A stretch of DNA of 64,000 nucleotides from Acetobacteraceae bacterium. GTDB lineage: Bacteria > Pseudomonadota > Alphaproteobacteria > Acetobacterales > Acetobacteraceae. The first letter of the stretch is position 1. The number at the start of each line of letters is the position of its first letter. The notes beneath the pieces were generated by a model. That model did no database searches, was not told the DNA's origin, and worked only from the letters and a program-made list of their open reading frames with translations. Positions 55,580-64,000 of this stretch are shown piece after piece. A program made the position numbers and the translations under genes. The stretch is taken from assembly GCA_030037175.1 (NCBI GenBank), contig JASHRV010000394.1, positions 2,975 through 66,974 of the forward strand, read 5' to 3'.

Positions 55580-57082
55580 ATGCTCCCTCCCTCCGCTCGC
55601 CGCCCGGCTGAGCCATCCATCACGCGCCTACTATGGCTCCTCATCGGCGTCAGCGCGGCGCTTCGTTTTCTCTTCGCCGCTTCACTCGGCCTCGGTGTCG
55701 ACGAAAGCTATGTCGTCGCGGCAGGCCGGACACTGCGCCTTGGTTATTTCGATCATCCGCCTGCGGTATGGTGGCTTTCCTCGCTCGTCGCGAGCCTCGC
55801 GGGCACTGCCGTGCCCGTGGTCGTCCGGCTTCCCTTCATCCTTCTCTTCGCGCTCTCGACCTGGCTCGTCTATCGGCTCGGCGCGAGACTGTTCTCCTCA
55901 CGCGCCGGCCTCTGGGCGGCAATCACCTTCAATCTTTCGCCGCTCTTCGGCGTTGCGTTCGGAACCTTCGTCCTGCCCGACGGTCCGCTGGATTCCGCCC
56001 TGCTCGCCGCCGCACTTTTCCTTACCTTCGCGCTCGAGGCCTCCGGCCTTGCAGCTTTCGCCTGGTGGCTTCTCGCCGGCCTCGCCCTGGGGTTCGCCCT
56101 CTTCTCGAAATATACAGCGATCCTCGTCCTGGGCGGCGCCTTCCTCTATCTCTGCACCACGCCCCACCACCGATTCTGGCTTACCCGGTTCGCGCCGTGG
56201 CTTGCCACAGCCGTCGCCTTCCTCGTCTTTTGTCCCATTTTACTTTGGAATTTCCATCACGACTGGATCTCCTTCGCGTTCCAGGGAAGCCGTGCCGGCG
56301 GTCTCTCCTTTCATCCGTTGGCCCCCTTCGTCGTGTTCGGCGGCGAGGCACTTTTTCTCCTTCCCTGGATTTGGCTGCCGCTGGTCCTCTCCGGCCTCAC
56401 GGCACTCCGCCGCGGGCCGAGCGAGTGGCGAGGCTGGCTCCTTCTCTGCCTCGGTCTTCCCGCAATTCTCCTCTTCAGCATCATCGCGCTGTGGTCACAG
56501 GGCCGGGTGCTCTTTCACTGGGCCGCGCCTGGCTATCTGATGCTTTTTCCCCTGCTCGGCGCGGCGGTCGAACGCCATCTCGCCGCGGGTTCCCGGGCGA
56601 TCCGCCCTTGGCTTCTCTTCACGGCCGGCTTCGTCCTCGTCGGCGCCGCCCTCGTCGGGGCCGATGCGCGCTTCAATCTCCTGGCCCCTTTTCTTTCTCC
56701 CGGCCACGACCCCGCACTCCAGATTGTCGACTGGCGATCATTGCGGCGCGATCTCGCGCAACGGCATCTGCTCGGCCGTCCCGGCCTCGTCATTGGCGCC
56801 GTTCGCTGGAGCGATGCTGCGAAGATCGATTACGCGCTGGGCGGCGCATCGCCCGTCGTCGTCCTCGGATCCGAGCCGCACGAATACGGTCTGATCCATC
56901 CGCTCGCGCGCTACCGTGGGGACGACGTTCTGATCATCGCCCCCAATGTCACGCCCGAACGCATGTCCGCTGGTTACGGCAATCTTTTCGCCCGCATCGA
57001 GAGGCTGCCGCCGCTCACCATTGCGCACGCAGGCTTCCCCGCCCTTACAGCTCCGCTCTACCTGGGGCACGACCTGCAATAA
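55580..57082 (+). CDS. Glycosyltransferase family 39 (ArnT/PMT-like) membrane protein
   Basis: Multi-TM N-terminal half with a first-loop DE motif (GLGVDESYVV) and FSKYTA, plus a soluble C-terminal domain. Confidence 0.8.
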   Translation: MLPPSARRPAEPSITRLLWLLIGVSAALRFLFAASLGLGVDESYVVAAGRTLRLGYFDHPPAVWWLSSLVASLAGTAVPVVVRLPFILLFALSTWLVYRLGARLFSSRAGLWAAITFNLSPLFGVAFGTFVLPDGPLDSALLAAALFLTFALEASGLAAFAWWLLAGLALGFALFSKYTAILVLGGAFLYLCTTPHHRFWLTRFAPWLATAVAFLVFCPILLWNFHHDWISFAFQGSRAGGLSFHPLAPFVVFGGEALFLLPWIWLPLVLSGLTALRRGPSEWRGWLLLCLGLPAILLFSIIALWSQGRVLFHWAAPGYLMLFPLLGAAVERHLAAGSRAIRPWLLFTAGFVLVGAALVGADARFNLLAPFLSPGHDPALQIVDWRSLRRDLAQRHLLGRPGLVIGAVRWSDAAKIDYALGGASPVVVLGSEPHEYGLIHPLARYRGDDVLIIAPNVTPERMSAGYGNLFARIERLPPLTIAHAGFPALTAPLYLGHDLQ

Positions 57083-57469
57083 GACGGCCGAGGTCGGCCC
57101 GACGGATCCGATACCGAACGGCTCTGCGGTGTTGGAGTTCATGACGCGGGTTTGCGGGCATCATGCGGTTGTCGCCGAAAGCTGAGCGGCTTCTTTCTCC
57201 AGGGGGTGAAGCAGCCTCTCGAAGACGAGCAACCCAATGAGCGGTGACCAGCTCAGCTTTTCGTGAATTTCTGCAAACGGCAATGGCACGGCCAAGATAT
57301 CAATCGTTTGAGGTCAGCCGCAAAGGCGGTCAGTCCAACTCTTGCGCTCCAAGCAGCCTTGTTGACCGGGACAGAAGGGGGTTAGGAGCAATATCTGGAA
57401 ATCCCTCCGGACATATGTCACGCTTCTGATCGTTTGGTTCCGAGACGGAAAGCGCTGAGGGGGGCTCAC

Positions 57470-59056
57470 ATGAACCGGGAATTGACCCGCCGATCGGTGT
57501 TGCTTGGCTCCGGACTCGCAATCTCGGGAATCGGGCTCGCCGGCCCGGCGCGTGCGGCCGCGCCGCCAGGCACGCTCGTAATCGGAATCGCTGCTGATCC
57601 CACGGGGTTCGACCCCGAGGCGGTGCTCAACAATACCTCGGGCTTCGTCATGGCGACGATCTACGATAGCCTGATGAAATACAGGCCCGGCACCACCGAT
57701 CCGATTCCCGGCCTCGCGCAGTCCTACACGGTCTCGCCCGACGGGCTGACCTACACCTTCACGCTTCGCCCCGGCGTGAGTTTTCACGACGGAACACCGC
57801 TGAATGCGAAGACCTATATCGCTGGCATCGACCGCCTGCTGAACAAGGCAAACCCCAACTACATCTACAACACCGGCCCGGTGGAGGGGTACATCGACTT
57901 CACCTACGGCTCGCTCGCTTCGTACACGGCCAAGGACGACAAGACGGTTGTCTTCGTCCTCAAGACACCGAGCGCGCCGTTCCTCACCAGTCTCGCGATG
58001 GTGTGGAACGGCGTGGTGAGTCCCGCCGCGGCGGCAAAATACGGCAAGGAATTCCGCCAGCATCCGGTCGGGACCGGCCCCTTCATCTTCCGTGAGTGGC
58101 GCCCGCGCGATGCGATCCTGCTCGACGCCAACCCGGCGTACTGGAACGGCAAGCCTAAGGTGGAAAAGCTTGTCTTCCAGGAATATCCCGATCCTTCGGC
58201 TGGTCTGCTCGCGCTCAAGAGCGGCGACATGCATATCTGGGCGGACACGAATACCGAGCTGCTGCCTGCGATCCACGCCGACCACGAGCTTGCCGTGCTC
58301 ACCCAGCCCGGGCTTGCCGTAAGCGGCGTCGGCATGCCCTGCGATACGGCACCCTTCACGGACGTTCGGGTGCGTCAGGCGTTCAACTACGCGGTGGACA
58401 AGCAAGCCATCGACCGGGCGCTCTATCAGGGGCTCGCGGCGCCGATGACCTCACCGCTGCCGGCTTCGGAATGGAGCTTCGATCCGACGCTCAAAGGCTA
58501 TCCTTACGATCCCGAGAAGGCAAAATCCCTGCTCTCGGCAGCAGGCGTGAAGCCCGGCTTTGCGGTCGAGCTGCTCGCCTACAATTCGGGGCGCGGCTAC
58601 AACCCCGTGGGGCCGGACCTCGCGGTTGCGGTCCAAGGCTTCCTGCAGAAAATCGGCATCAACGCCACCGTCCGCAAGATCGAGTTCGGCGCATACCTGA
58701 GCACCATCCGCTCGGCCAAGTACAAGGGGATGTTCCTGGTCGGCTGGACCGGCGATAACGGCGATCCGGACAATTTCCTCAATGCCCTGTTCGGCAGCAC
58801 CAATATCCCGATCACCGACACCGCGCGCTACCGCAACCCGGCGGTCGATGCGATCTTCGTGAAGGCGCTGCAGAGCAACGACCATGAGACTCGCGTCAGG
58901 CTCTATCAGCAGGCGCAGAGCATCATCCTCGACGACGCGCCATGGATATTCATCAACTCCGTGCTGCAGGTCCGGGCGGTGAGCGAGCAGGTGAAGGGCT
59001 ATCAGCTCAACCCGACGCAGATGTTCTTCGACATGGAGAAGGTTTCTCTGAGCTAG
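57470..59056 (+). CDS. ABC transporter substrate-binding protein, family 5 (Dpp/Opp/Nik type), Tat signal
   Basis: Twin-arginine leader MNRELTRRSVLLGSGLA..ARA, then an SBP_bac_5 fold (LV.....P....PGLA.S). Confidence 0.9.
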   Translation: MNRELTRRSVLLGSGLAISGIGLAGPARAAAPPGTLVIGIAADPTGFDPEAVLNNTSGFVMATIYDSLMKYRPGTTDPIPGLAQSYTVSPDGLTYTFTLRPGVSFHDGTPLNAKTYIAGIDRLLNKANPNYIYNTGPVEGYIDFTYGSLASYTAKDDKTVVFVLKTPSAPFLTSLAMVWNGVVSPAAAAKYGKEFRQHPVGTGPFIFREWRPRDAILLDANPAYWNGKPKVEKLVFQEYPDPSAGLLALKSGDMHIWADTNTELLPAIHADHELAVLTQPGLAVSGVGMPCDTAPFTDVRVRQAFNYAVDKQAIDRALYQGLAAPMTSPLPASEWSFDPTLKGYPYDPEKAKSLLSAAGVKPGFAVELLAYNSGRGYNPVGPDLAVAVQGFLQKIGINATVRKIEFGAYLSTIRSAKYKGMFLVGWTGDNGDPDNFLNALFGSTNIPITDTARYRNPAVDAIFVKALQSNDHETRVRLYQQAQSIILDDAPWIFINSVLQVRAVSEQVKGYQLNPTQMFFDMEKVSLS

Positions 59057-59080
59057 CAGGGCGTTTGCGGACGGCGGCGC

Positions 59081-60085
59081 GTGGGCGACTATCTTGCGAA
59101 GCGCGTCGGCCAGCTTCTGATCGTCCTCTTCGGGGTCAGCGTCGTCGTCTTCGTTGCCATGCATCTGCTGCCCGGCGATGTCGCAACGCTTCTGCTCGGC
59201 GATCGGGCGACGGCTTCATCCCTGGGGCGCCTCAGGCATCAGCTCGGGCTCGATCAACCGGTGATCGTGCAGTACTGGCGCTTCCTGAAGGGCGCGCTCG
59301 CCGGCGATTTCGGCACCTCGCTCCGCGACAATCGCCCCGCGCTCGGCGAAGTGCTGGCGGCCTTTCCGGTGACGCTCGAGCTCACGCTCGCGGCCCTCCT
59401 GATCGCGGTTGTGATCGGCGTGCCGGCCGGCGTGCTCGCCGCGCTGAGCGAGGGAACCTGGGTGGATACGGCGATCACCACGCCCACCCTGTTCGGCGTC
59501 TCGATGCCGGTCTTCTGGCTCGGGTTGATGGCGCTGCTGCTCTTCTCGGAAAAGCTCGGCTGGCTGCCCGTTGGCGGGCTCATGCCGATCGGGGCTTCGA
59601 TGCCGCGGATCACCGGGCTCAGCGTGGTCGATGCGGTTCTCTCCGGGCGCCTTGCGCTGGTAGCCACGGCGCTACGCCACCTCGTGCTGCCCGCTGCGAC
59701 GCTCGCCACCATCCCGCTTGCTCTCATCACGCGCATCACGCGGGGCGAGATGCTCTCGAGCCTTCATCTCGATCATGTGCGCACGGCGCGCGCGAAAGGG
59801 TTGCCGGAAGGGCGGGTGATCCGCGCCCATGTGCTGCGCAACGCGCTGATCCCGATTGTCACGGTGATCGGGCTGCAGCTCGGGCTTCTGCTTTCCGGCG
59901 CGGTGCTCACCGAGACGATTTTTTCCCTTCCAGGACTCGGCCGGCTGATGGTCGATGCAATCCTCGCGCGCGACTATCCGGTGGTGCAGGCGGGCGCGCT
60001 CTTTGTCGCGGTCGTCTTCGTCGCGGTCAATTTCTCGGTCGATATCGCCTACGCGGCGCTTGATCCGCGCGTCCGCCAGCGATGA
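59081..60085 (+). CDS. ABC transporter permease (DppB/OppB-like)
   Basis: GTG start. LLIVLFGVSVVVF.. and the BPD_transp_1 EAA loop (VRTARAKGL). Confidence 0.9.
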   Translation: MGDYLAKRVGQLLIVLFGVSVVVFVAMHLLPGDVATLLLGDRATASSLGRLRHQLGLDQPVIVQYWRFLKGALAGDFGTSLRDNRPALGEVLAAFPVTLELTLAALLIAVVIGVPAGVLAALSEGTWVDTAITTPTLFGVSMPVFWLGLMALLLFSEKLGWLPVGGLMPIGASMPRITGLSVVDAVLSGRLALVATALRHLVLPAATLATIPLALITRITRGEMLSSLHLDHVRTARAKGLPEGRVIRAHVLRNALIPIVTVIGLQLGLLLSGAVLTETIFSLPGLGRLMVDAILARDYPVVQAGALFVAVVFVAVNFSVDIAYAALDPRVRQR

Positions 60086-60939
60086 GCGCGACCGTCACGC
60101 CGATCGCGGCCGGCGCCGAGAGGCTCGGGCGCGCGCTCGCGCAGCCGGCGGCGCGGCTCGGCCTTGCGATCGTTTTCCTCTTTCTTTTCCTGTGCGCCTT
60201 CGCCCCGCTGGTCGCACCCCACGACCCTTATGCGCAGGACCTGATGAGCGCACTCTCGCCGCCCTCCCTGGCCCATCTGCTCGGCACGGACCAGTACGGG
60301 CGGGATGTCGCGAGCCGGGTCCTTTACGGCGCACGCTATGCCCTGCTGGCGATCGTCATCGGCGACGGGCTGGCACTTGCTGTCGGCACGACGATGGGAC
60401 TCGCAGCCGGCTATCTCGGCGGGGCCGCGGATGCCGTGCTGATGCGCATCGTCGATGTTCTGCTCGCCTTTCCCTATCTGCTGCTGGCGCTGATTATCGT
60501 CGCCGCGCTCGGGCCAAGCCTGCTTCATTCGATGATCGCGATCGGCATCGTCTATACACCGCAATATGCGCGCCTGGTGCGCGGGCAGGTTCTGAGTGTG
60601 CGGCAGACGGATTTCGTGCGGGCGGCCCGTGCGCTCGGCGCTTCGCGCGCGCGCATCGTGCTCCGCCATGTCGCGCCGAACAGCCTCTCGCCCGTGATCA
60701 TCATGGCCACGCTCCAGGCCGGCGCGGTGGTGGTGGAGACGGCCGGGCTCTCCTTCCTCGGGCTTGGGGCGCAGCCGCCGTCGCCCGACTGGGGCGCGCT
60801 GCTTGCCGACGGGCAGAATTTCTTCCTGACGGCCTGGTGGATCGCGACGTTTCCGGGGCTTGCGATCTTCCTTGTCGTGCTCGGCTTCAACCTGCTCGGC
60901 GATGCGCTGCGGCGCGAGTTCGATCCCCGGGCCAGATGA
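60082..60939 (+). CDS. ABC transporter permease (DppC/OppC-like)
   Basis: HLLGTDQYGRDV and FVRAARALGAS EAA loop. Overlaps its neighbours by 4 nt. Confidence 0.9.
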   Translation: MSATVTPIAAGAERLGRALAQPAARLGLAIVFLFLFLCAFAPLVAPHDPYAQDLMSALSPPSLAHLLGTDQYGRDVASRVLYGARYALLAIVIGDGLALAVGTTMGLAAGYLGGAADAVLMRIVDVLLAFPYLLLALIIVAALGPSLLHSMIAIGIVYTPQYARLVRGQVLSVRQTDFVRAARALGASRARIVLRHVAPNSLSPVIIMATLQAGAVVVETAGLSFLGLGAQPPSPDWGALLADGQNFFLTAWWIATFPGLAIFLVVLGFNLLGDALRREFDPRAR

Positions 60940-61922
60940 GCTTTCTTCTTTCGGTCGAGAACCTCTCGCTTTTGTACGGGTCGGTGCCGGCGCTGGTGGG
61001 GATCTCGTTTCGGATCGAGCGCGGAGAGCGGCTCGTCATCGTCGGCGAATCGGGCTCGGGGAAATCCTCGCTCGCGCTTGCGGTGATGCGACTTCTGCCG
61101 CGCCAGGCGCGCGTCACTGCGGGTGCGATCCGTTTCCGGGCGGCCGACGGCATGGTGCATGAACTCGCCGTTGCAGGCGCCGCCGCGCTGAGAGAACTGC
61201 GCGGCAAGGAAATCGGCATGGTTTTCCAGGAGCCGATGACGAGCCTCAACCCGGTCTATCGGGTTGGCGATCAGATCATCGAGGCGCTGCGATTCCATGA
61301 ATCCGTTCCACGCGCCAAGGCGCGGGCACGGGCCGTGGCGCTGCTCGGCCAGCTCGGCGTCCCCGATCCCGAGCGGCGGATGGAGGCCTTTCCGCACGAG
61401 CTTTCGGGCGGATTGCGCCAGCGCGCGATGATCGCGCTCGCGCTCGTATGCAACCCAGCGCTGCTGCTCGCCGACGAGCCCACGACTGCGCTCGATGTCA
61501 CGATTCAGGCCCAGATCCTCGATCTGCTGCGCCGGCAGAGCATTGAGCGCGGCATGGCGCTGCTGTTCATCACCCACCATTTCGGCGTCGCGCGCGAGGT
61601 GGCGGACCGCATCCTGGTTCTCTATGCCGGACGGGCGGTGGAAGAGGGGCCGGCGGCGGCGGTGATCGCCCGGCCGCTCCATCCCTACACGGCCGGGCTG
61701 CTGCGCTCCGTTCCCCGGCTCGGCATGACCAAGGATGAGGCGGCTCTTCCCACGATCGGCGGAGGGCTGCCCGATCCCGCGCACCTTCCACCCGGCTGCG
61801 TCTTCAGCCCACGCTGTCCGGCGTTCCGGCCGGGGCTTTGCGACGAGGCCGAGCCGCCCGTCACGGAACCGGAGGCCGGGCGGAGGGTTCGGTGCTTCCG
61901 GGCCGCGGAGCTTGCGGCGTGA
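60936..61922 (+). CDS. ABC transporter ATP-binding protein (DppD/OppD-like)
   Basis: Walker A GESGSGKS, signature LSGGLRQR, Walker B LLLADEPTTALD, and an oligopeptide C-terminal domain (HPYT..L). Confidence 0.92.
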   Translation: MSFLLSVENLSLLYGSVPALVGISFRIERGERLVIVGESGSGKSSLALAVMRLLPRQARVTAGAIRFRAADGMVHELAVAGAAALRELRGKEIGMVFQEPMTSLNPVYRVGDQIIEALRFHESVPRAKARARAVALLGQLGVPDPERRMEAFPHELSGGLRQRAMIALALVCNPALLLADEPTTALDVTIQAQILDLLRRQSIERGMALLFITHHFGVAREVADRILVLYAGRAVEEGPAAAVIARPLHPYTAGLLRSVPRLGMTKDEAALPTIGGGLPDPAHLPPGCVFSPRCPAFRPGLCDEAEPPVTEPEAGRRVRCFRAAELAA

Positions 61923-62899
61923 CAGAGGCGCTGCTCGGCCTGGAAAATATCTCCGTGCGCTTCCCGGTCCGGCGCGGGGTTTTCCGCCGTCCCGCGAGCC
62001 TGCAGGCGGTGAGCGAGGTGAGCTTCGCGCTCGCGCCGGGCGAGATTCTCGGGCTGGTCGGCGAATCGGGCTCGGGCAAGACCACGATCGGGCTCTGCGC
62101 GCTCGGCCTCGCCGAGCCGACATCGGGGCGCGTGCTGTTCCGCTCGGAGGACATCGCCTTCCTTTCCCGCGGAGCGCTGGCAAAATTCCGCCGGGCGGCG
62201 CAGCCGATCTTCCAGGATCCTTATGCCTCGCTCGATCCGCGCATGAGCGTGGGCGAGATCATTGCCGAGCCGCTGGCGATCCATCGCCTCGCGCCCACCC
62301 GGGCGGCGCGGCGGGCGCGGGTTGCGGCGCTGATGGAGGAGGTGGGGCTCGCGCCGGCGCTGGCGCGGCGGCTGCCGCACCAGCTTTCGGGCGGGCAGCG
62401 CCAGCGCGTGGGCATCGCCCGCGCGCTCGCCTCGGATCCTGTGCTGCTGGTTGCGGACGAGCCGGTCTCGGCGCTCGATGTCTCGATCGCGGCGCAGGTG
62501 ACGAACCTGCTGATCGCGCTGCAGCGGCGGCGGCATCTGGCGATGATCCTGATCGCGCACGACCTCGCGCTGGTGGGCTATGCGGCCGATCGGGTGATCG
62601 TGCTCTATCTCGGGCGGATCATGGAGATCGCGCCGGCGCGGCGGATTTTCGCGGCACCCCGCCATCCCTATACGCAGGCGCTGCTGGCGGCGATTCCGGA
62701 AGGCGGGGGCCGGCGGATTCTGCTGGAGGGAGATATTCCGAGCCCGCTCGCGCCGCCTTCGGGATGCGTGTTCCGCACGCGCTGCCGGTACGCGGAAGAG
62801 GCGTGCGCGGCGGAGCGGCCGGCGCTCAGGGAACTCGCGGCGGGGCATTTCGCGGCGTGCCGGCGGGCCGAGGATCCGGTCGTGCGAGAAATGCGGTGA
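61919..62899 (+). CDS. ABC transporter ATP-binding protein (DppF/OppF-like)
   Basis: GTG at 61919 overlaps the upstream stop. GESGSGKTT, LSGGQRQR, LLVADEPVSALD, HPYTQALL. Confidence 0.92.
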   Translation: MTEALLGLENISVRFPVRRGVFRRPASLQAVSEVSFALAPGEILGLVGESGSGKTTIGLCALGLAEPTSGRVLFRSEDIAFLSRGALAKFRRAAQPIFQDPYASLDPRMSVGEIIAEPLAIHRLAPTRAARRARVAALMEEVGLAPALARRLPHQLSGGQRQRVGIARALASDPVLLVADEPVSALDVSIAAQVTNLLIALQRRRHLAMILIAHDLALVGYAADRVIVLYLGRIMEIAPARRIFAAPRHPYTQALLAAIPEGGGRRILLEGDIPSPLAPPSGCVFRTRCRYAEEACAAERPALRELAAGHFAACRRAEDPVVREMR

Positions 62900-63164
62900 A
62901 AGTTCTTGAACGGGCTTGGGATTTCGAGGTTCGGGGAAAATTGGATTGGACGGATTGGACGCGACGGGGGCGGGTGCGGGTTTCGTTATGCTTCAAAGTC
63001 AACCGATTGGACGGATGGCGGTGAAGGCGGGTGGATAAATCCGCATAGGATTCAAGCACTTCCTTGCGAGGGTTTTGCGAAGTTCGCGCACCCCACTCGC
63101 TCTCACGATTTTGTTGTCACGAATCGGACACGAAAGTTATTTGCAGTTGAAAAGGAGGCCGCCC

Positions 63165-63746
63165 ATGCGTGTCCTCGTACTCATGGCCACCATTCTCATG
63201 GCTGCCTTGGCGACGATGGTGGCCCCCGCCGCCTTCGCCCGCCCGCCGCCGGGGTTCGATCCGCATTCCCCCTTTCACTACTGGTGGGAGGCGCAGCACA
63301 ACCGCAACGGCGGATGGTGCTGCGCCGAGGCCGACGGGCATCTCAGCGACCAGGACAGCATCCGCCCCGGCAACGGCGTGATCATGGTGCATATCCCGCC
63401 GGGGGCATACGAGCTTCCCGACGCCACCTGGGCCTTCAACCAGGAAACCCACAAGCTGCTGCCCCATGTCGTCTTCGACGCTGAGACGCAGAATTACTAC
63501 CTCCTGTTCGCGGGCGGCTGGTTCCCGACCAGCGGCCTCTCGGAAATCTCGAGCGGCAACGATTGCCCGCTGGCGGACGAGGTTCCCGCCGACGTGCTGC
63601 CGAAGCTGGTGGCGCTCTTTCCGCAATATCCCGTGAACTGCCCCAATCCCTACGATGTGCCGGTCATCTGGTTCGCGCTGCATCCGGAGAATGACGGGAC
63701 CATCTCGGTGACGGTCTATTGCGTCATTCTCGGCTGGATGGGGTGA
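63165..63746 (+). CDS. Secreted hypothetical protein with W-C-C..A-D motif
   Basis: SD AAAGGAGG lies 7 nt upstream. Signal peptide MRVLVLMATILMAALATMVAPAAFA. No domain I can name. Confidence 0.6.
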   Translation: MRVLVLMATILMAALATMVAPAAFARPPPGFDPHSPFHYWWEAQHNRNGGWCCAEADGHLSDQDSIRPGNGVIMVHIPPGAYELPDATWAFNQETHKLLPHVVFDAETQNYYLLFAGGWFPTSGLSEISSGNDCPLADEVPADVLPKLVALFPQYPVNCPNPYDVPVIWFALHPENDGTISVTVYCVILGWMG

Positions 63747-63875
63747 GAACCGCGATCCTTTGGAATAATTAACGCGATCATCGGCGCCCGGCGGTTGCCG
63801 GCGAAGCGCGATCCGGCGCAAAAGCGGCGCGGGAGCGTTTTCGCCGGATCGATCCTCCTGAAAGAGAGGGCCGCC

Positions 63876-64000
63876 ATGACCGCAAACGACACCTCCGGTT
63901 CCTCGCCCGTCATCGCCGAAGAAGAGGACGAAATCGTCACGATCTTCGTGCGCGTCAACGGAGAGGCCCATAGCCTCGTCCTCGATCCGCGCTCCTCGCT
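63876..64000 (+). CDS. Probable (2Fe-2S)-binding small subunit of a molybdopterin dehydrogenase (CoxS-like), 3'-truncated by window edge
   Basis: MTANDTSGSSPVIAEEEDEIVTIFVRVNGEAHSLVLDPRSS.. fits the N-terminal I.L.VNG.....V.PR.LL pattern of CoxS/XdhA-type proteins. Only 41 codons are visible. Confidence 0.45.
   Translation, partial: MTANDTSGSSPVIAEEEDEIVTIFVRVNGEAHSLVLDPRSS

Noticed and set aside
57244-57429. 61-aa ORF in the leader of the ABC operon
   Set aside because: It has no RBS and an unremarkable composition. It lies in a region more likely to be a structured leader.
1-64000. Scan for tRNA/rRNA genes, CRISPR arrays, IS transposases, integrases, toxin-antitoxin pairs and known defence-system genes
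   Set aside because: Nothing recognisable by eye: no T-loop GGTTCGAATCC-type cloverleaf candidates, no direct-repeat/spacer arrays, and no DDE or tyrosine recombinase motifs in any long ORF. A computational scan (tRNAscan-SE, Infernal, ISEScan, DefenseFinder) is needed for certainty.

Overview
High-GC chromosomal segment with alphaproteobacterial hallmarks: secB / Tim44-like / mltA synteny, hflK-hflC-degP, mutS-glnD, and GANTC-bearing repeats. The exact taxon cannot be assigned without a database search. I can support about 58 protein-coding genes, almost all housekeeping or metabolic. They include rfbBA with an RTX-like surface protein, two IlvD/Edd sugar-acid dehydratases, and a STAS-MlaE/MlaF/MlaD/lipoprotein Mla-like transporter. 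Also present are phaB, maeB, mutS, glnD, mltA, secB and ampG, a cobA-cysJ-cysH-cysI-acdS block, and a TPP enzyme with a thiolase/DUF35 pair. The remainder includes mrp, hflKC, degP, crcB-DUF190, a dehydratase-SDR-FAH sugar-acid module, a GT39 glycosyltransferase and a 5-gene Dpp/Opp-type ABC importer. I saw no rRNA, tRNA, CRISPR array, transposase, integrase, prophage or recognisable defence genes, and I did not find a convincing new multi-gene protein system. The unusual content is mostly non-coding. (1) A family of at least 6 copies of a 100-220 bp AT-rich composite-hairpin element is confined to intergenic spacers. (2) A canonical fluoride riboswitch sits about 740 bp upstream of crcB, separated from it by what looks like a decayed HycD/HyfC/NuoH-type membrane-subunit gene. 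(3) A roughly 190 bp imperfect palindrome with a perfect 35-bp-stem core exactly fills a convergent gene gap. (4) The hflK N-terminus is split across two reading frames. All gene calls rest on reading the supplied translations and the DNA by eye; no searches or computations were run.
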